This document shows positions 59,265-64,000 of a stretch of 64,000 nt of DNA, piece after piece. The notes under the pieces were generated by a model. That model ran no database searches, had not been told where the DNA came from, and saw only the letters and a list, made by a program, of their open reading frames with translations. The DNA comes from Selenomonadaceae bacterium (GTDB lineage Bacteria > Bacillota > Negativicutes > Selenomonadales > Selenomonadaceae): contig JAFSWY010000172.1 of assembly GCA_017444295.1 (NCBI GenBank), positions 7,548 to 71,547 of the forward strand. Direction: 5' to 3'. The stretch's first letter is position 1. The number at the start of each line of letters is the position of its first letter. The position numbers and the translations under genes were made by a program.

Positions 59265-60971
59265 TTACAGGACCTTCTGGAGATACGCCTTGATCTCGTC
59301 GCCATCCTCCATCTTCATGACATCGGCAAGGATGTCCTTCGCCTTGATGGAGCTGACGGAGCGGAGCTTCTCCTTGACACGCGGAATGGAAGGTGCGCTC
59401 ATGGAAAGCTCGGAGATGCCCATGCCCATCAGCAGGACTGCCGCATAGGGATCGCTTGCCATCTCACCGCACATGCCGGCCCAGATATTGTTCTCACGGG
59501 CAGACTCAATGGTGAGCTTGATGAGGCGCAGCACGGCAGGATTGAAGTGATTGTAGAGATAGGCGATGCTGGAATTGCCACGGTCAACAGCCAAGGTGTA
59601 CTGCACCAGGTCGTTGGTGCCGATGCTGAAGAAATCGACGTATTTCGCGAGGACCGGGGTCATGATCGCGGCTGCCGGAGTCTCTACCATGATGCCCAGC
59701 TGGACATTATCGGAGTATTTCTTGCCCTCGTGGGCGAGCTCCACCTTGGCCTCGGCCACAAGATTCTTGACCTGCAGGAACTCCGAGACATTGATGACCA
59801 TCGGGACCATGATGGCCGCCTTGCCGAAGACGCCCGCACGCAGGATTGCCTTGAGCTGCGGCATGAAGAGATCCTTGCGCTTGAGGCTGATGCGAACCGC
59901 ACGATAGCCCAGGAAGGGGTTGTCCTCGGGGGGAATGTTGAGATAGGGAAGAGGCTTGTCGCCGCCAATGTCCATCGTGCGGATGACGCAAATGTTGCCA
60001 TCGCACTTCTCGACGGCTTCCTTGTATGCCTTGAACTGGTCTTCCTCATTGGGAATGTCCTGACGGCCCATGAAGACGAACTCCGAGCGGAACAGCCCGA
60101 CACCCTCGCAGCCATAGGTCTTGGCGTTGTCCACATCCATATGGGACCCAATGTTTGCAACGAGTTCCACGCGAACGCCATCCGTGGTGACGGCGGGGAG
60201 ATCCCTGAGGGCCGCATAATGCGCCTTGAGCTCCTCCTGCTTCTTGAGCTTCTCATTATATCCTGCGCGATCCTCATCCGACGGACGGATCAGGATATCA
60301 CCCGTCTCGCCATCAATGATGGCCTCGTCACCATCGCCGATCTTCGTGATATCCTCGCCGACTCCCACAATCGTCGGGATGGCGCGGGCCTTGGCAATGA
60401 TGACCGCATGGGCCGTCGTGCTGCCGGCGCCGAGGATGACGCCAGCAATCTTGTCCGTGGGAAGCCCTGCGATAACAGAAGGCTCGATTTCCTTGCCGCA
60501 AAGGATCACCGCCCCATCGCCCAGTTCCGGCTCGGGAACACCGAGGATGTACTTTGCGATGCGCTTGCCAACGTCACGAAGGTCCACGGCACGGGCGGCG
60601 AAATACTCATCTTCCATCTGCTCGAAAATCTGCGCCTGCTCCTCCGCTGCCTTGAGCACAGCATCGGGGGCATTGCCGGACTCCTCCACCTTGCTGAAGA
60701 TGTTGTCGCCCAACGCAGGATCCTGCACCATCATGCGATGCGCTTCCATGATGGCTGCCTGCTCCGGCATTTCCTGGGCCTGCAGTTTTTCGATGTTCTT
60801 CTGCAAAGTCTCGGCTACGGCTGCCAAGGCATCCTCTGCCTTTTTCCGTTCGGCTTCCTTGTCCAAAGGCTTGTAATTCACGAGATAGCCATCCAGGTTC
60901 TGCCCGGCCAGCATGATCTTGCCCATCGCGATTCCCGATATTACGCCTTTTCCGCGCAATTTCTCTGCCAT
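59265..60971 (-). CDS. ptsI: Phosphoenolpyruvate-protein phosphotransferase (PTS enzyme I)
   Basis: GGSTTAHAVIIAKA (active-site His region)...GLFRSEF...SIGTNDLVQY...CGEMA. The start was trimmed to ATG 60971. Confidence 0.94.
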   Translation of the reverse strand: MAEKLRGKGVISGIAMGKIMLAGQNLDGYLVNYKPLDKEAERKKAEDALAAVAETLQKNIEKLQAQEMPEQAAIMEAHRMMVQDPALGDNIFSKVEESGNAPDAVLKAAEEQAQIFEQMEDEYFAARAVDLRDVGKRIAKYILGVPEPELGDGAVILCGKEIEPSVIAGLPTDKIAGVILGAGSTTAHAVIIAKARAIPTIVGVGEDITKIGDGDEAIIDGETGDILIRPSDEDRAGYNEKLKKQEELKAHYAALRDLPAVTTDGVRVELVANIGSHMDVDNAKTYGCEGVGLFRSEFVFMGRQDIPNEEDQFKAYKEAVEKCDGNICVIRTMDIGGDKPLPYLNIPPEDNPFLGYRAVRISLKRKDLFMPQLKAILRAGVFGKAAIMVPMVINVSEFLQVKNLVAEAKVELAHEGKKYSDNVQLGIMVETPAAAIMTPVLAKYVDFFSIGTNDLVQYTLAVDRGNSSIAYLYNHFNPAVLRLIKLTIESARENNIWAGMCGEMASDPYAAVLLMGMGISELSMSAPSIPRVKEKLRSVSSIKAKDILADVMKMEDGDEIKAYLQKVL

Positions 60972-61137
60972 TTCGCATTCCCCTCTTTCCATCATTGTCC
61001 CAAAATTCGCTATCATCTTCAAACAACAACAGACCGAACGCACTTCCCATAGATATCGCGAACGGCCTGTCTTTCTCTTCTTGTGACGTTCCCGGGGGCA
61101 TTCCCCCGCCCCCAGGAAACATCCTGTCAAACGCTGC

Positions 61138-61404
61138 TCACTCCTCGCCGAACTTGGACTCGACAAGATCCTTCAATGCCTTGACAGCATCTGCCTCATC
61201 CGGCCCATCGGCGCAGATCGTGATTTCCGTCCCCTTCACCAGCCCCATGCTCATGATCATGAGTATGCTCTTGGCATCTACCGTCTTGCCCTTCGCCTTG
61301 ATCTGGACTTTGGACTTGAACTTCGTTGCTGTCTGCACGAAAATAGATGCGGGGCGGGCATGAATACCAGTCTTGTTTTCAATCGTAAGCGTTTCTTCGG
61401 TCAT
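61138..61404 (-). CDS. ptsH: Phosphocarrier protein HPr
   Basis: NKTGIHARPAS (His15 site) and AKSILMIMSMGL (Ser46 region). The start was trimmed to ATG 61404. Confidence 0.94.
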   Translation of the reverse strand: MTEETLTIENKTGIHARPASIFVQTATKFKSKVQIKAKGKTVDAKSILMIMSMGLVKGTEITICADGPDEADAVKALKDLVESKFGEE

Positions 61405-61623
61405 TGAAATCTCTCCCCATTCCTGAATATAGTAGAACAATCCGCCATGGAGGCGTCCTTTGATACTTGTATTTCGACACAAAGATGCTTTTTCCTGCTT
61501 TTTCATAAATTTTTTGACGCAAAAACAAAAAAAACAAGGAAAATATCAGATACACTGGAAAAAAAGTCGTTTACGGTGTAAAATGGATAGGGCAAGTTAT
61601 TCGAAAGAAAGAGAGGTCTGCCC

Positions 61624-62688
61624 GTGGCATTTATCCTGGTGACGCTCGCCATCATGGGCGCCAGTATATTTTTGATATACAAGCTGACGAACCACTTCGG
61701 CTTCCGCATGAAATACAAATCCTTGATTCTCTGCGCCTTCATGGCATTTCTTGTCAACATTGCGGCCATCAGCATGTCACCCTACCTGACGCAGGCCCAC
61801 TACATCCGCCTCGTCCTTCTGGTCATCGTGGCAGCGGCTGTGGTCACCATCTACAACGAATACCTGGTCCGGCATGACAAGCTTGTTGCAGAAGGAGATG
61901 TCGGCCTTCCGGACAAGGATACGGAAACCGATGCAGCGGAAAAGCCTGTCTCACGGTTCACTGCCCTGCAGGCTATGATATCCGAAAAAGCATCTTTCCT
62001 GTCAAGACTGGCAAGGAAATCAAAGGAGTCCGTTCCCGCCCCATCGGATGAGGACTGGGTTCCGGCAGCAGAGACCGGCCAATCGGCGAAAAAGTCTGCA
62101 AGGCCAGCCATGGAACCTGTTGCAAAAGCGAAACCCGACACTGCAGCCGTCCCGGCCGAAAAGCCTGAGGAAACACCTGCATCGCCGAAAGAGGCTGCTG
62201 CCACGGAACAACCGGATGCAAAGCCATCTGCCGAAAAAGTTCCGGCAAAGGCCGTGGCTGCTACCGACACACCCCCTGCAGGCATCGATCTTTCGCAGTT
62301 CCATTCCCTGGATGATATTCTCGACTATGCCTACGAGCAGAAGTCCCAAAAACACTCGGAGAATGCAATCCTTGCCTACAAGGGAGCATTGGAAAAATAT
62401 CAGGACGATGCCTATGCACCCTTTATTGTCATCGACCTGGGCAACATCTACAAGGAAAAGGCGGCCTATGAGGATGCCATCCACACTTACGAGGATGCCC
62501 TTTCCCTTCCGATCATCGCGAACGACGCTGCCACGTTGGAGAAGTTCCATGAGAACCTCTCCTACCTGCGCACCGTTCAACATATACTGTCCAAGCACAA
62601 TTCGCTTCGTACCCCTTTCCAGGACATCCCTGCGGGCTGCCTGAAGGAAATCGAGGCGGAATTCCAGGCGCGGCAGAAGCAATCCTAA
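61624..62688 (+). CDS. Membrane protein with three predicted N-terminal TM segments, an acidic/Pro-rich linker and a C-terminal TPR-like domain
   Basis: GTG start with AGAGAGG upstream. TM segments are in the first 90 aa. TPR-like region: AILAYKGALEKYQDDAYAPFIVIDLGNIYKEKAAYEDAIHTYEDAL. Confidence 0.6.
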   Translation: MAFILVTLAIMGASIFLIYKLTNHFGFRMKYKSLILCAFMAFLVNIAAISMSPYLTQAHYIRLVLLVIVAAAVVTIYNEYLVRHDKLVAEGDVGLPDKDTETDAAEKPVSRFTALQAMISEKASFLSRLARKSKESVPAPSDEDWVPAAETGQSAKKSARPAMEPVAKAKPDTAAVPAEKPEETPASPKEAAATEQPDAKPSAEKVPAKAVAATDTPPAGIDLSQFHSLDDILDYAYEQKSQKHSENAILAYKGALEKYQDDAYAPFIVIDLGNIYKEKAAYEDAIHTYEDALSLPIIANDAATLEKFHENLSYLRTVQHILSKHNSLRTPFQDIPAGCLKEIEAEFQARQKQS

Positions 62689-62706
62689 GAATATGGAGGA
62701 ATATTC

Positions 62707-63729
62707 ATGAAAAAAAGCGTAGAGATTCTCGGTCTTCCTGTCATAAGTATTACCGAGGGACGTGAGCTCGGCATGAGCAAGACGCTTCTCATTGATGCAA
62801 GGAACGGCAAGATAGCCGCTGTCACCATCGAGGATGAGGACTGGTATCGCGGCGTAAAGCTCATTCCCTATGAGTCCGTCATCGCCATCGGCGATGATGC
62901 CGTGACCGTCACCAACAGTGAGAACATCCTGAAACTCGATGAGGCGGCAGACTACGAGAACCTGCTGGATGAGAACATCCGCATCATCGACACGAAGGCC
63001 ATAACGAAAACCGGAACGATCCAGGGCAAGATTTCCGAACTCTTCATCGGCGACGACGGCAAGATCGAGAAGTGCGAGATTACAGCTCCCGATGGCACGA
63101 CCACCGAAATCATGGCGGACCAGATTTCCATCTTCGGCAAGCAGGTCACGGTCATCGACCCCGACGGGGAAAAAAAAACTGAATTTGTAGCTCCGCCGAC
63201 ACCGGCAGCCGCACCTGCTCCTGAGCCCGCTCCGGCGGAACCTGCCGCACCGGCTCCTGCAGCAGAGGCTGCTCCTGTAGAGGTTCCTGCGGCAGAGGCG
63301 CCCGCGACGGCTCCTGCAGAGGAAGCACCTGCACCTGAGCCGAAAGCGGAAGAGCCGCCGAAGGCAGAGGAGGCTCCTGCAGCAAAAGTTGAGCCAGAGC
63401 CTGCACCGGAGACAAAGGAAGATCCCAGGAAAGAGGCTCCCAAGGCAGCTCCTGCAGAGGAAAAACCGGAGCCCAGGAAAGAGGCTCCCAAGGCGGCAAA
63501 ACCCGCTGCACCCAAAGCTGCCCCTGCGGCAGATGCAGCAAAACAGGCGGCTGACAAGGCAACGGAGGAACGCCATCGCCGTTTCCTGCTTGGCAAGAAG
63601 GCAGCCCGCACCATCAAGATGGACAACGGCATCGTCATCGTCGAAGCCGGCGCCGACATCACCGAGGAGGTCCTCCAGAAGGCCAAGCTCGCCAACAAGT
63701 TCATCGAGCTTTCCATGAACGTACAGTAA
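62707..63729 (+). CDS. PRC-barrel domain protein with a long Pro/Ala/Glu-rich linker
   Basis: Two PRC-barrel-like units (ILGLPVISITEGRELG... and IIDTKAITKTGTIQGKISELFI...), then about 130 aa of low-complexity APAPEPAPAE, then a conserved C-terminal 50 aa. Confidence 0.65.
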   Translation: MKKSVEILGLPVISITEGRELGMSKTLLIDARNGKIAAVTIEDEDWYRGVKLIPYESVIAIGDDAVTVTNSENILKLDEAADYENLLDENIRIIDTKAITKTGTIQGKISELFIGDDGKIEKCEITAPDGTTTEIMADQISIFGKQVTVIDPDGEKKTEFVAPPTPAAAPAPEPAPAEPAAPAPAAEAAPVEVPAAEAPATAPAEEAPAPEPKAEEPPKAEEAPAAKVEPEPAPETKEDPRKEAPKAAPAEEKPEPRKEAPKAAKPAAPKAAPAADAAKQAADKATEERHRRFLLGKKAARTIKMDNGIVIVEAGADITEEVLQKAKLANKFIELSMNVQ

Positions 63730-63797
63730 GAATAAGGAACAAAGCAAGGGAGCACGGCAATTTGCGCCGTGCTCCCTTGTTTTCCCATGAAATGCTT

Positions 63798-64000
63798 TTA
63801 TCCCTGCTCCATCCATACCTTCTTCCCATGAAAGGCGATACCGTACTTCCAGACCTCTTTCACCCCTTGCCGGGAGAGTTCTGCGAGATAGGCTTTCTCC
63901 TCGATCTGGCGCAGGGCTTCCTTCGCCTTCTCCTCCATGGCCTCCTCGGACTTGGCGGATTTGAGTTCCAGAATCACACCGGGCGCACCGTCCTTCAAGG
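63798..64000 (-). CDS. C-terminal fragment of a PD-(D/E)XK-type (DUF1703-like) protein; continues beyond the right edge
   Basis: GVILELKSAKSEEAMEEKAKEALRQIEEKAY...GIAFHGKKV resembles the C-terminal nuclease-like module of AAA-ATPase/PDDEXK_9 proteins. Confidence 0.45.
   Translation of the reverse strand, partial: LKDGAPGVILELKSAKSEEAMEEKAKEALRQIEEKAYLAELSRQGVKEVWKYGIAFHGKKVWMEQG

Noticed and set aside
63170-63178. An A9 run inside the PRC-barrel gene as a possible second phase-variation tract.
   Set aside because: It is much shorter than the G13 tract, it encodes an ordinary EKK in a low-complexity linker, and A/T runs of this length are common. There is no independent reason to suspect switching.

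Overview
GC-rich chromosomal window, almost entirely minus-strand genes, from a flagellated anaerobic Firmicute. By inference it looks like a Selenomonadaceae/Negativicutes genome: a Bacillus-type dcw cluster with DUF881 and sbp, a fumarate hydratase plus fumarate reductase/succinate dehydrogenase operon, a korDABC 2-oxoacid:ferredoxin oxidoreductase, and HPr/EI. Housekeeping content: a dcw block (mraZ-rsmH-ftsL, then murE-murF-mraY-murD-murG-murC-ddl-ftsQ-DUF881-sbp, then ftsZ), three tRNAs, rph-rdgB, murI, serC, recD2, an ABC-F ATPase, an LCP protein, moaA, pdxK and queF. Accessory content is centred on motility and c-di-GMP. There are three monocistronic flagellin genes with sigma28-type promoters. 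Two are tandem paralogs sharing a Cys-containing variable domain. The third carries an HExxH zincin module in its variable region. Next to the tandem pair lies a glycosylation island: a TibC/BAHT-like heptosyltransferase, a small radical SAM enzyme and an 856-aa three-module glycosyltransferase. The window also encodes four c-di-GMP turnover proteins. The observations I rate highest are listed here. (1) Two orphan, ORF-less, GGA-dense RNA genes, each with a near-consensus sigma70 promoter and an intrinsic terminator; one is wedged between a flagellin gene and the glycosylation island, and I could not assign either to a known RNA family. (2) The protease-bearing flagellin. (3) A GT61-type glycosyltransferase that contains a 13-nt poly(G/C) tract and splits the conserved rph-rdgB-phosphoesterase operon. 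(4) A dcw cluster lacking ftsI, ftsW, murB and ftsA. (5) Several families of short intergenic repeats, two of which show compensatory base changes. All functional calls rest on motif recognition by eye. No database search or folding program was run. Non-coding coordinates may be off by 1-2 nt.
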